64,000 nt of DNA from positions 236,881 to 300,880 of the forward strand of contig CAWHPR010000002.1 in assembly GCA_963831295.1 (NCBI GenBank), given 5' to 3'. The DNA comes from an uncultured Thermoleophilia bacterium (GTDB taxonomy: Bacteria > Actinomycetota > Thermoleophilia > UBA2241). Positions 1 to 7,941 of the stretch are shown piece by piece; position 1 is the first letter of the stretch; every line of letters begins with the position of its first letter. Position numbers and translations under genes: made by a program. Below the pieces are notes generated by a model. The model was not told the DNA's origin. It searched no databases and saw only the letters and a program-made list of their open reading frames with translations.

Positions 1-349
1 GCTCCACGCGGCGCGCCAGTGAGGCCTCGCTCACGAGGCACTCGCGCGCCGCGGAACCACCCAGGAGGTAGACGGACGGTGAGTCCGGCGGCCGCCGCCG
101 GTTGTGACCGACCGTCCACGACACGTAGACCCAGTCGTCGCCCTCCTTGCGCAGCCAGTACTCCAGCGGCACGGCGGTCCAGGCGCCGCTCGCGACGCAA
201 GCCTGGATGCCGAGGAGCGCCGGCACCAGCAGCAGCGCCGCGATGAGCATCGCGATCGGGGTGTTCGCGGCGAGGCCGCGGAGGAAGCTCGCGCGGCGAC
301 CGCCGCGCGAGCTCGACGGGTCGAGCTCCGGGAACCGGCCGACACCCAT
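1..349 (-). CDS. Secreted or membrane-anchored protein, N-terminal 116 codons only (gene runs off the left edge); possible DltD-like/SGNH-type partner of the Dlt-like module
   Basis: This open frame is absent from the ORF track because it has no stop inside the window. Its ATG (349-347) shares one base with the TGA of the upstream ligase gene (TGATG). My translation is MGVGRFPELDPSSSRGGRRASFLRGLAANTPIAMLIAALLLVPALLGIQACVASGAWTAVPLEYWLRKEGDDWVYVSWTVGHNRRRPPDSPSVYLLGGSAARECLVSEASLARRVE. It has one N-terminal hydrophobic helix followed by a soluble region. LLGGSAARE is loosely reminiscent of the DltD YGSSE block, so the family call is weak. Confidence 0.5.
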   Translation of the reverse strand, partial: MGVGRFPELDPSSSRGGRRASFLRGLAANTPIAMLIAALLLVPALLGIQACVASGAWTAVPLEYWLRKEGDDWVYVSWTVGHNRRRPPDSPSVYLLGGSAARECLVSEASLARRVE

Positions 350-1899
350 CAGCCGGACGCCTCGAGCAGTGCCTGGAGGTCGGCGCGGATCGCCTTGCCG
401 GACCCCGTGCGCGGGATCTCGGCGACCGCGACGATCCGACTCGGCAGCGAGCTCGCGGGCAGCAGTCCGCGCAGCTCGCGCAGGACGCGCGTCGCTTTGA
501 ACCCGGCAGGCTCGAGAGGCACCACGAAGGCGACGGGCACGTGCCCGAGGATCTCGTCGGGTGCCGCGATCACGGCGACGTCCGCGAAGCGGTCGAGCGC
601 TTGAAGCGCCTGCTGCACGTGGACGGTCGAGACCTTCTCGCCGCCTCTCTTGATGATGTCGTCCTTGCGGCCGGCGATCCAGACGAAGCCGTCCGCGTCG
701 ACGTGACCGAAGTCGCCGGTGCGCAAGCCGTGCCCGGTCAGGGTGCGAGCGTTGATCTCGGGCTCGCCGAGGTAGCCCTGCATGACGAGCGAGCCCGTTA
801 CGTACAGCTCGCCAGTCTCGCCGGGCGGCAGCACGCCGCCGTCGCCGTCACGTGCCAGCACCCGCATGTCGCCGATGGGCCTGCCGACGGAGCCGGCGCG
901 CGCGTCGAGCTCGGCCGGCGGCAGCACGCAGAGCCGGCCGCTGACCTCGGTCAGCCCGTACATGTTGAAGAGAGCGACTCCGGGGAGCCGGCGACGGAAG
1001 CGCTCGATCACCGGCAGCGCCAGATGGTCGCCCGAGCTCACCCAGAAGCGCAGCCCCGTGGTGCGCGGCTCTTCGAGCGGCTCGACGACCCGCACCAGGT
1101 GCGCGGGAGCCCCCCCGAACCCGGTGCAGCCCAGCCGTTCCATCTCGTCGAGCAGTTCCCCGCCGAAGTAGAAGCCGAGCTGGCCGGCCATGCCGCCGCC
1201 GTGCGCCATCACCGTGAGGAAGTGGCAGATGCCGCTCGTGAAGTACGGCGGCGTGTTGATGAAGATGCGGTCGTCGGCGCGCAGGCCCAGGGTCTGCGCC
1301 ACGTAGCCCGGGTTGCTCGAGAGCGCGCGCAGCGTCTGGCAGACCGCCTTGGGGACGCCGGTGGTGCCGGAGGTGAACATGAGCATGGCGAGGTCGTCGG
1401 GCGCGAGCGGCGCGACCTCGCCGTCGACTCGCGGCCCTCTCACGGGCCGGACCCCGGCCTCGGGCATGACGCCCGCCGGCGTCGCCCCGCCGACGAGGCC
1501 GGCCGCATCGACGCGCAGCGACACACGCGGCCGGTCCGCATCGGCCAGCGTCGCCTCGCCGGGCACGACGACCAGGTCGGGGGACGCCTTGACGAGCAGC
1601 CGGTCGATGTCGCCACGCGGCAGGCTCGTGTTGAGCGGGACGACCACGCCGCCCGCGAGCCAGACCCCGAGCATGGCCACGAAGAACTGGTCGTACTCCT
1701 CGAGGAAGAGGGCGGCGCGCCGCCCCGGCGCCAGCCCGGCGGCGCGCAGCGCCGCCGCGACGGCGCCGGCGCGGCGCACGAACTCCCCGTACGAGTAGAC
1801 GCGGTCCCGCGTCGTCAGAAGGAGGGCTTCGGGCCGCTGTTCGGCGTGCTGGGTCAGACGCGCGACGGCGTCGGTCATGAGGGCGGGCGTGACGATCAT
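349..1899 (-). CDS. AMP-dependent synthetase/ligase (adenylating enzyme; DltA-like by context)
   Basis: 516-aa ORF with AMP-binding core motifs FTSGTTGVPKAV and GDFGHVDADGFVWIAGRKDDIIKRGGEKVS. The ATG at 1899 lies 17 nt after the micro-ORF stop. Confidence 0.9.
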   Translation of the reverse strand: MIVTPALMTDAVARLTQHAEQRPEALLLTTRDRVYSYGEFVRRAGAVAAALRAAGLAPGRRAALFLEEYDQFFVAMLGVWLAGGVVVPLNTSLPRGDIDRLLVKASPDLVVVPGEATLADADRPRVSLRVDAAGLVGGATPAGVMPEAGVRPVRGPRVDGEVAPLAPDDLAMLMFTSGTTGVPKAVCQTLRALSSNPGYVAQTLGLRADDRIFINTPPYFTSGICHFLTVMAHGGGMAGQLGFYFGGELLDEMERLGCTGFGGAPAHLVRVVEPLEEPRTTGLRFWVSSGDHLALPVIERFRRRLPGVALFNMYGLTEVSGRLCVLPPAELDARAGSVGRPIGDMRVLARDGDGGVLPPGETGELYVTGSLVMQGYLGEPEINARTLTGHGLRTGDFGHVDADGFVWIAGRKDDIIKRGGEKVSTVHVQQALQALDRFADVAVIAAPDEILGHVPVAFVVPLEPAGFKATRVLRELRGLLPASSLPSRIVAVAEIPRTGSGKAIRADLQALLEASG

Positions 1900-1916
1900 C
1901 AGGCGCGACGGGCGGG

Positions 1917-2096
1917 TCAGAACCCCACGTAGCGGAACTCGGTGAGCTCACCACCGACGGCCACGGCCACGACGAGCGCGAGGAAGAGGAAGAACCAGAG
2001 CAGTGTCTGCACGCCTACGCCGAGGCCGAAGAAGAAGCGGTGGCCGGCCGGCGCGGCCGTCTCGCCGCTCGCGGCCTTGGGCCCAGCGCTCGTCAC
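1917..2096 (-). CDS. DltX-like small membrane protein (59 codons, below the ORF-track cutoff)
   Basis: My translation from GTG 2096 is VTSAGPKAASGETAAPAGHRFFFGLGVGVQTLLWFFLFLALVVAVAVGGELTEFRYVGF*. It has a single TM helix followed by a short tail ending in F-R-Y-V-G-F, which fits the F-x-Y-x-x-F extreme C-terminus I recall for DltX. It sits between a DltC-like carrier gene and the ligase. The start is uncertain: GGAGGA lies 15 nt upstream, and an internal GTG would give 31 aa. Confidence 0.55.
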   Translation of the reverse strand: MTSAGPKAASGETAAPAGHRFFFGLGVGVQTLLWFFLFLALVVAVAVGGELTEFRYVGF

Positions 2097-2168
2097 GACG
2101 ACCGTCGGCGATCCTCCGCGGCCGGCGCCGACGGGGTCTGCGCGACCCCGCTCCGCTGGCCCGCCGCC

Positions 2169-2420
2169 TCAGGCATCGGCAGCCTTCTTGCGCTCGATGT
2201 AGGCGAGCATGTGGTTCACGGTGTCGAGGTTCTCGTAGACGATGTCCATCGGCTTCACCTTGATGGCGAAGGTCTCCTCGAGGAAGACGATGAGGCTCGT
2301 CAGGTTCATGGAGTCGAGCAGCTGGTCGCGAAAGAGCGACGTGTCCAGATCGATGACGTCGCCGTCGTCAAGGTCGGCCTCTTCGTGCAGGAACTCGAGG
2401 ATTGTCTCGGCGTCGCTCAT
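2169..2420 (-). CDS. Acyl/D-alanyl carrier protein (DltC-like)
   Basis: 83 aa. The phosphopantetheine-attachment serine lies in DQLLDSMNLTSLIVFLEETF. Length and the motif surroundings resemble D-alanyl carrier proteins (GLLDSFGTVELL type). Confidence 0.85.
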   Translation of the reverse strand: MSDAETILEFLHEEADLDDGDVIDLDTSLFRDQLLDSMNLTSLIVFLEETFAIKVKPMDIVYENLDTVNHMLAYIERKKAADA

Positions 2421-2466
2421 GATGTGTCCTTCGCTGCTCGGATGGCGACGGGCGCGGCGCCCGCTC

Positions 2467-3153
2467 TCAGGCCCGCGTCCCCTGACTGTACGAGAACTTC
2501 ATGGGGTTGACGAACCCCGTGGCCTCGATGCCGGCCTGGATGATCTTCGCGAGCGTGAAGACGCGCTCCGCCGTCTGGCAGCCCTGCTCGATGCCCCACT
2601 CGTCGCTCAGGATGTGCCCCCGAGCGGCGGCCCAGCCGTAGGCGCCGAACTGGCAGGTGCCGTCGCCGTTGCCGACCACGAGGCAGCCGTTGCGCACGAA
2701 CGGGAGCCACGACGCGATGATGGTCGTCTCGGCGCCGCCGGAGCGACGCCCCGCGACGGCCATGACGCCCACCGGCTTGTTCGCCAGCGCGAAATCCTGG
2801 TGCCTCAGCGGCCGCGTCCGCATGATGAATTTGGCGAAGAGATCGGACGGCAGGCCGAAGTAGACAGGCGTCGCCATCAACAGACCGTCAGCGGCGACCA
2901 TCTTGTCGAGGACCATCTGCACGTCGTCCTCTTTGGCGCGCACGCAGGGGATGTACTCGCCGGTGTCCTTGGTCTTGCCGCAGACGTTGCAGGCCTTGCA
3001 CGGCTCGATGTGCAGGTCGCGGAGAGTGACGATCTCGGTCACTGCCTCGCCGGGGTACTTCTCGGCGAGACGCGTGGACGCCGCGTCGAGCATGATGCTG
3101 CTGTTGGACTTGTCACGCGGGCTGCAGTTCAGCCCAATGATCCGCACCGTCAT
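2467..3153 (-). CDS. Iron-sulfur flavoprotein / NADPH-dependent FMN reductase family
   Basis: The first 75 codons of the track ORF (2467..3378) read through the tRNA-Leu gene. The internal ATG at 3153 gives MTVRIIGLNCSPRDKSNS... (228 aa). It has a flavodoxin-like N-terminus plus the compact Cys cluster CKACNVCG-x11-C. Confidence 0.8.
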   Translation of the reverse strand: MTVRIIGLNCSPRDKSNSSIMLDAASTRLAEKYPGEAVTEIVTLRDLHIEPCKACNVCGKTKDTGEYIPCVRAKEDDVQMVLDKMVAADGLLMATPVYFGLPSDLFAKFIMRTRPLRHQDFALANKPVGVMAVAGRRSGGAETTIIASWLPFVRNGCLVVGNGDGTCQFGAYGWAAARGHILSDEWGIEQGCQTAERVFTLAKIIQAGIEATGFVNPMKFSYSQGTRA

Positions 3154-3334
3154 GTCTTCGCTCTCCTCGTGTGTGGCCGCGTCGGCCGGCGACGAAGCCG
3201 CTGCGCGCCGCAGACCCGTCACGAACGGTGTCCTATCGTACCAGAGTCCCCCGAGGTCGTCCGCCGTCGCAAGAGGCGATCCCGGGCCGCCGGCGACCGT
3301 AACTTCGCGGCGCCTCACCACGGCCGGGGTGAGT

Positions 3335-3421
3335 TGGTGCCGGAGGTGGGACTTGAACCCACATTCCTCTGCGGACACCGAATTTTGAGTCCAGCGCGTC
3401 TACCAGTTCCGCCACTCCGGC
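3335..3421 (-). tRNA. tRNA-Leu (anticodon CAA), CCA encoded
   Basis: The minus strand reads GCCGGAGTGGCGGAACTGGTAGACGCGCTGGACTCAAAATTCGGTGTCCGCAGAGGAATGTGGGTTCAAGTCCCACCTCCGGCACCA. It has a 7-bp acceptor stem, anticodon loop CTCAAAA, a long variable arm and a GTTCAAGTC T-loop. Confidence 0.95.
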
Positions 3422-3508
3422 ACGGCCGCCGCCTATCGTACCGCAGACCGCCGTCCGCGGGAGCCCCCGGCGCACCGTGCCGGCAGCGTGCGGACGGCGC
3501 CGGAAAGG

Positions 3509-3548
3509 GCGACGGGCGCGGCGCCCCGGGGGGCGCCGCGCCCGTCGC
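3509..3548 (-). terminator. Intrinsic-terminator-like hairpin after the Rpf-like gene
   Basis: Perfect 19-nt inverted repeat GCGACGGGCGCGGCGCCCC / GGGGCGCCGCGCCCGTCGC, 32 nt downstream of the stop at 3581. On the minus strand it is followed by CCTTTCC, a short and weak U tract. Confidence 0.5.
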
Positions 3549-3580
3549 GACTCCGAGACCGGCGCCGGCCGGCGGTCGTC

Positions 3581-4378
3581 TCAGAACGCGCGGGGATACG
3601 TGGAGGGCCACATGCTCGGGCCGTAGCCGCGCTTGATGGCGTACGCGGTCGCCCTGATCTGGGCCCATCCGTCGTAGACGCTGGCCCCGCGGAACGGGTT
3701 CCAGCTCGCCTGCCACGTGCTGGGAAGATACTGAAAGAGGCCCTTGTACGTGCTGCCGGCGAAGCGGCTCCCGCCCGACTCGTACAGCATCATGCGGTAC
3801 AGCCCCCCGGCGCTGATGCCGTTCGTGCGCGCCGCCAGCTCGATGAGCGGCCGCCACGCGCCGCGGCGCGCCCACTCGGCGATCCGCTCCCGCCGACGCA
3901 CGATGCGCGCGAGATCATCGACGCGCCGCCTCCAGCCACGGGTCGAGAGGCGCGTCTTCGCCACGCGGGCTTCGAGCGCCTCGACCTCGGCCAGAGTGGG
4001 CACGATCTCCGCAGTCACAGGGTCGGCCTCGACCGTCGGGTCGACTGCGGCCGTCGGGTCAGCTGCGTCAGTCGGGTCGACCGCGACCGTCGGGTCGACT
4101 GCGTCTGTCGGGTCGGTCGCGTCGGCATCCACCACGTCACCCTCGACCAGGTCGTCGATGGTGGCGACGCTGAAGACCGCGAGGATCACGCGAGCGGCGG
4201 CCAGGTTCTCGCGCGCCTTCGCCAGCCGAGCGCGCGAGTCGCGCAGCGCCCGCCGCGAGTTGCGCAGCTTGGCGCGCAGTTCGGGAGTCGTCGTCCGGGC
4301 GGAGGCCGGAGAAGCCGCCACTGCCGAGGCGACCAGGAGGAGAAGGATCATTCCGATCCATGCTTTGTGTCGTCGCAC
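3581..4378 (-). CDS. Secreted transglycosylase-like (Rpf-like) cell-wall protein with DPT hexapeptide repeats
   Basis: 265 aa. Signal peptide MILLLLVASAVAASPASA, then a coiled-coil-like basic region, six DPTxxx repeats, and a C-terminal YESGGSRFAGSTYKGLFQYLPSTWQASWNPF that resembles the transglycosylase-like/Rpf catalytic block (E...GLxQF...TW). Confidence 0.7.
   Translation of the reverse strand: MRRHKAWIGMILLLLVASAVAASPASARTTTPELRAKLRNSRRALRDSRARLAKARENLAAARVILAVFSVATIDDLVEGDVVDADATDPTDAVDPTVAVDPTDAADPTAAVDPTVEADPVTAEIVPTLAEVEALEARVAKTRLSTRGWRRRVDDLARIVRRRERIAEWARRGAWRPLIELAARTNGISAGGLYRMMLYESGGSRFAGSTYKGLFQYLPSTWQASWNPFRGASVYDGWAQIRATAYAIKRGYGPSMWPSTYPRAF
4020..4125. repeat. In-frame 18-nt tandem repeat (5-6 copies) encoding DPT(D/V/A)A(V/A)
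   Basis: TCGGGTC recurs at about 4036, 4054, 4072, 4090 and 4108, an exact 18-nt period. The protein reads DPTDAVDPTVAVDPTDAADPTAAVDPTVEADPVTAE. Confidence 0.75.
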
Positions 4379-4691
4379 GATACCCCTTCCACGGCGTGTC
4401 CCTGGGGCAGCGGTCTCACCTCTGCCCGCGGGCTGTCAGCGCCCAGGCCGCACCCAGCCCACACCGCAGGGCGTCAACGCAAAAGGGGGGACGAATCCGC
4501 AGAAGGGAGGGGCGCCGGGGCGCCTCTGTGTTGTAGATCCGGTGGCAGAGTCAACCACACGCCGCGCGACGATGCAACCCAAGCAGCCTGCCTAGCGCCC
4601 GCTGCGCGCTTGCGGCAAGCGGGTCCGTCGAGCACAATCTGACCGACCGTCCGCATGAGGTGGATGGCCGCGTCCGAGAAGGGAGCAGGCG

Positions 4692-5069
4692 ATGGCGCAG
4701 CAGCCGACGGGCGGGCGCGGCCACGTCGTCGACGAGGCGACGCGCGCCGAGCTCAAGCGCGTCGCCGTCCTCTTCATCGTCTCTTCGATCACCTTGCTTC
4801 TCTTCCTCGTCTACGTCCTCGCCGCGGGGCTCGGGGTGACGTTCATCCCGCCGATCGTCTGGGCGATGTGGGGCGCGTCGATGCTGTCGGGCTCCGTCGC
4901 GACGTGGGTCTATGGGACGTTCGTGACGATCCGGGCGCGCCGCTGGTACTGGGTCGCCCTCTGCGTCGTGCCGTTCACCGCCGTGCCCTGCTCCGTGGCC
5001 TACGCCTGGATACGCCGCGGCGAGATAGAGGTCGAGATCGCCGCGCCGCGCGAGCGCAGCGCTCACTAG
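4692..5069 (+). CDS. Hypothetical small integral membrane protein (about 4 TM)
   Basis: 125 aa. GAAGGGAG lies 7 nt upstream of the ATG. Hydrophobic segments VAVLFIVSSITLLLFLVYVLAAGLGV and WYWVALCVVPFTAVPCSVAYAW. The composition is protein-like, unlike the Arg-rich overlapping frame 4655. Confidence 0.6.
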   Translation: MAQQPTGGRGHVVDEATRAELKRVAVLFIVSSITLLLFLVYVLAAGLGVTFIPPIVWAMWGASMLSGSVATWVYGTFVTIRARRWYWVALCVVPFTAVPCSVAYAWIRRGEIEVEIAAPRERSAH

Positions 5070-5185
5070 CGGCGCCGAAGGGACGAAGCGAGCCCGCCGC
5101 GCCACCGCGCCCTGCTCGCACGGTTCGCCCGGACGGTTGTGGTAGTCTTGCCGCGGCCGCCAAGCGGAGGCACGGAGGACAGCCG

Positions 5186-6187
5186 ATCAAGAAGAGCCTG
5201 CGCCACGTCCTCGTCTTCCTCCTCATCGTCGTCGCCCTCTACCTGCTCCTCCCCCGGCTCGTCGATGCGGAGCGGACTTTCGAGTTGTTCAGCGAGGCGA
5301 ACTACTGGCTGCTCGGCCTCGCCGTCGTGCTCGAGTGCGCCGCGCTCGTCGGGTACGCCAACCTGACGCGCTTCGTGCTGCGCGTGCTCGACATCCGCTT
5401 GCGCCTGCTCGAAGTCTTCTCGGTCACGCTCGGCAGTCTCGCGGTGAGCCACTTCCTCTCCGCAGGGGGCGTCGGCGGCTGGGTCCTGACCTACAACGCG
5501 CTGCGCAAGCGCGACGTGCCGCACGGCCTCATCTTCGTGGCCATCGCGGCGCAGCAGTTCTTCAACTACATCGTCCTCTGGTCCGTCTTCGCGATCGCCC
5601 TCGTCTACCTCGTGCTGGAGCGTGGGGAGTCCCTGTGGCAGTACGCGATCGGTGTCGTGCTCATCCTGCTGCTGCTTTGGCTCACCGGGTACGGGGTCTA
5701 CCTCTACAACCACCGCACCCTCATGCGCCGCCGCAGCGGTCAGGCGGCGCACATCATCAACCGCGCGGCGCGGCGCGAACTCGTCCACGAAAAGCACGTG
5801 GACGCCTGGCTCGACAACCTCTTCTCCGGCATGCGCCGCATGACGTCGCACCGCGGCGCGTTCAGGCGCACGTTGCTCTACGCCTGCGCGTACTGGTTCT
5901 TCGACGTGCTGGCCCTCGCCGCCACGTTCCTCGCCTTCGGCGCGGACGTGCCGTGGACGGCGCTCGGCATCGCGTACGTGGTGGCCTACTCCGTCGGGAC
6001 GCTGGCGCCGACGCCGGGTGGCCTCGGCGCGGTCGAGGCCCTCATGATCGCCCTCTTCGTCAGCTTCGGCGTGCCGTCGGCCACCGCCGTCGCGGTCGTC
6101 CTCGTCTACCGCGTCATCAACTTCTGGCTGCCGATCCCGCCCGGACTCGTCATGTACGCGACGATCCGGCGAGCCAATACACCTTGA
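5186..6187 (+). CDS. Lysylphosphatidylglycerol-synthase-TM-region / UPF0104 (flippase-like) membrane protein
   Basis: The C-terminal 333 codons of track ORF 4655..6187 (KKSLRHVLVFLLIVVALYLLLPRLVDAE...LAPTPGGLGAVEALMIALF) form a typical polytopic UPF0104 pattern. The preceding 177 codons are Arg-rich off-frame-type sequence overlapping ORF 4692..5069. No ATG, GTG or TTG occurs between 5069 and the first TM helix. An in-frame ATC at 5186 sits 6 nt after GGAGGA, so the start is uncertain. Confidence 0.7.
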   Translation: MKKSLRHVLVFLLIVVALYLLLPRLVDAERTFELFSEANYWLLGLAVVLECAALVGYANLTRFVLRVLDIRLRLLEVFSVTLGSLAVSHFLSAGGVGGWVLTYNALRKRDVPHGLIFVAIAAQQFFNYIVLWSVFAIALVYLVLERGESLWQYAIGVVLILLLLWLTGYGVYLYNHRTLMRRRSGQAAHIINRAARRELVHEKHVDAWLDNLFSGMRRMTSHRGAFRRTLLYACAYWFFDVLALAATFLAFGADVPWTALGIAYVVAYSVGTLAPTPGGLGAVEALMIALFVSFGVPSATAVAVVLVYRVINFWLPIPPGLVMYATIRRANTP

Positions 6188-7850
6188 TCACAGGGCCCTG
6201 CTCACCGGCGCGCGGGCGGAAGACCTTGACGAGATCGCCGCGCCGTTCGAGCGCCGCGTAGAAGGCGATCATCCGCGGGTAGTGCTCAGGCGCCGCAAGC
6301 ACGCGGTCGTACACCGCCGAGCTCAGGATGACGTACTCGACCCCGTGGTCCCTCAGCCAGCGCACCGTGCGCTGCTCCTGCGGCTCGCCGGGCAGCGGCA
6401 GCCTGAGGCGGCGCAGCCGGTAGTAGGTGGGGCGCAGGCCGGCCGCGCGATAGAAGGGGAGTTCGACCCGCTGCACCAGCGGGGGCCCCAGGGTCTCGCT
6501 CGCGATCGTCGTATCGGGCTCGATGGTGCGCTCGACCCACGCTTTGGCGCGCTCGCGTACATCGGGATCCGACAGGCTTCGATTGCGGGCGATCGAGTCG
6601 GCGAGCGGCAGCACGACCGCCGCGGCGGCGAGCACGGCGACGCCCGGCACGAGCGCCCTGCGCCACGCCGGGCGCAAGCCCCGGCTCTCGACGCAGAGCC
6701 GCGCCGCCAGCACCAACAGGAGCGGCACGACCGGCAACATGTAGCGGTCGGCGAGCTCCTGCCACGAGCTCACGTAGAGGAAGTAGGCGACGGTGACGGG
6801 CGCGAGCATGAGGTCGAGCGGCGAGCGGCGCCAGAGCGCCAGCCCAAGGCCGGCGATCCCGAGCCCCAGCAGCACGAGCCCGAGCGCCCCGGCCAGATTG
6901 ACCTCGAGGTTGTACCAGTAGCCGTTGCCCACATTCTCGAAGCCGAGCCAGCCGCGACGCACGATCGCGTGCTGCCGCGAGAACTCGTCGAGGAAGCGAG
7001 GCAGGTCGAGCACGATGAAGGGCGACGCCAGCAGGAAGGCGAGGGCGAGGGGCGCATAGACGCGCGTGGCCAGCAGACGCGCCCATGTGAGGACGACCGA
7101 ACGGCCGGCGGCGACGGCGGCGGCCACCGCCGGCCGGCCCGCGTAGAGGGCGGCGACCGTAGCGGGCGCGAGGAGCACACCGAGGTTGTACTTGGTCGAG
7201 ACGGCGAGCCCCACGACGACCGCGCCCGCGGTCAGCCAGCGAAGCCCGCGGCCGAGCGCCGCCCTGGTCAGAAAGAGAAGCCCAAGCAGGCCCAGGGTCA
7301 CGGCCGGCACGTCGGTGACGGCGAGGTGCGAGTACTGGACGTGCAGTGGCACGACGGCCAGGAACGCGGCGGCAAGCACACCGCTCCACACGCCGTAGGC
7401 CTCGCGCGCGATACGGTAGACGAGATACACGGCAGCGACGCCGAACGCGACCACGACGAGGCGTCCGATCAGGTAGTACGCGCCCGCGTCCACCACGAAG
7501 GCGCCGGCCCGCACGAGCGGCTCCCCGTGGGTCAGGTCCCAGAACGGCGAGACGATCCAGAAGACGGCCGCCAGCAGGTAGAAGAAGAACGAGGGGTAGT
7601 AGAAGAACATCGGGTTCAACTGCCCGCGCGCCACCTCGTACGCCTTGGAGACGACCGTCGCCTCGTCAGGATCGGTGAAGACGTACGGCAGACCCGAAGT
7701 GACGCTCTGGAGACGCAGGGCGACCGCCAGACCCAGCACGAGGGCGAGCGCCGCCCCCGCCCAGCCGGTCCGCCGCCAGAGCCTGACCGTCACGACGCGC
7801 ACGCTCCTCCAGAGTCCCAGAACGTCCATGCTCACTCCACTGGTACCCAT
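6150..7850 (-). CDS. Membrane glycosyltransferase, GT-C fold (family 39 / ArnT-PMT-like)
   Basis: Polytopic protein with LRLQSVTSGLPYVFTDPDEATVVSKAYEV...NPMFFYYPSFFFYLL and a C-terminal soluble domain. The track ORF N-terminus (to 8036) overlaps hisI. Internal ATGs at 7850 or 7829 are the likely start. Confidence 0.8.
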   Translation of the reverse strand: MGTSGVSMDVLGLWRSVRVVTVRLWRRTGWAGAALALVLGLAVALRLQSVTSGLPYVFTDPDEATVVSKAYEVARGQLNPMFFYYPSFFFYLLAAVFWIVSPFWDLTHGEPLVRAGAFVVDAGAYYLIGRLVVVAFGVAAVYLVYRIAREAYGVWSGVLAAAFLAVVPLHVQYSHLAVTDVPAVTLGLLGLLFLTRAALGRGLRWLTAGAVVVGLAVSTKYNLGVLLAPATVAALYAGRPAVAAAVAAGRSVVLTWARLLATRVYAPLALAFLLASPFIVLDLPRFLDEFSRQHAIVRRGWLGFENVGNGYWYNLEVNLAGALGLVLLGLGIAGLGLALWRRSPLDLMLAPVTVAYFLYVSSWQELADRYMLPVVPLLLVLAARLCVESRGLRPAWRRALVPGVAVLAAAAVVLPLADSIARNRSLSDPDVRERAKAWVERTIEPDTTIASETLGPPLVQRVELPFYRAAGLRPTYYRLRRLRLPLPGEPQEQRTVRWLRDHGVEYVILSSAVYDRVLAAPEHYPRMIAFYAALERRGDLVKVFRPRAGEQGPVIKVYWLAGSSRT

Positions 7851-7941
7851 CACGGACGTGCGTGCCACATGGCACGGCAGGCGCCGAGGCCCGGCGCCTG
7901 CGGAGCGCCACGTCTCCGAGGGCTGTGCGGTCGGGCGGGCG

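Noticed and set aside
3154-3580. An integrated mobile element or genomic island at tRNA-Leu (and likewise at tRNA-Ala, 34109-34184)
   Set aside because: There is no integrase, recombinase or transposase ORF, and no direct repeat of the tRNA 3-prime end that I could find nearby. Flanking genes look chromosomal.
4379-4691. A c-di-AMP (ydaO-type) riboswitch upstream of the Rpf-like gene
   Set aside because: On the strand of the Rpf-like gene I could not find the conserved GGGGACCCA, GGGGUGAAUC or CAGCUAACCUCGUAAGCG blocks. The plus strand has only loose look-alikes (GGGGGGACGAAUCC at about 4485; GGCAGAGUCAACCACACG at about 4543), which are too degenerate to call by eye. A covariance-model scan is needed.
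4655-5185. The N-terminal 177 codons of ORF 4655..6187 as part of the membrane protein
   Set aside because: The segment is Arg-rich and low-complexity. It fully overlaps the better-formed ORF 4692..5069 in another frame. The family normally starts just before the first TM helix.
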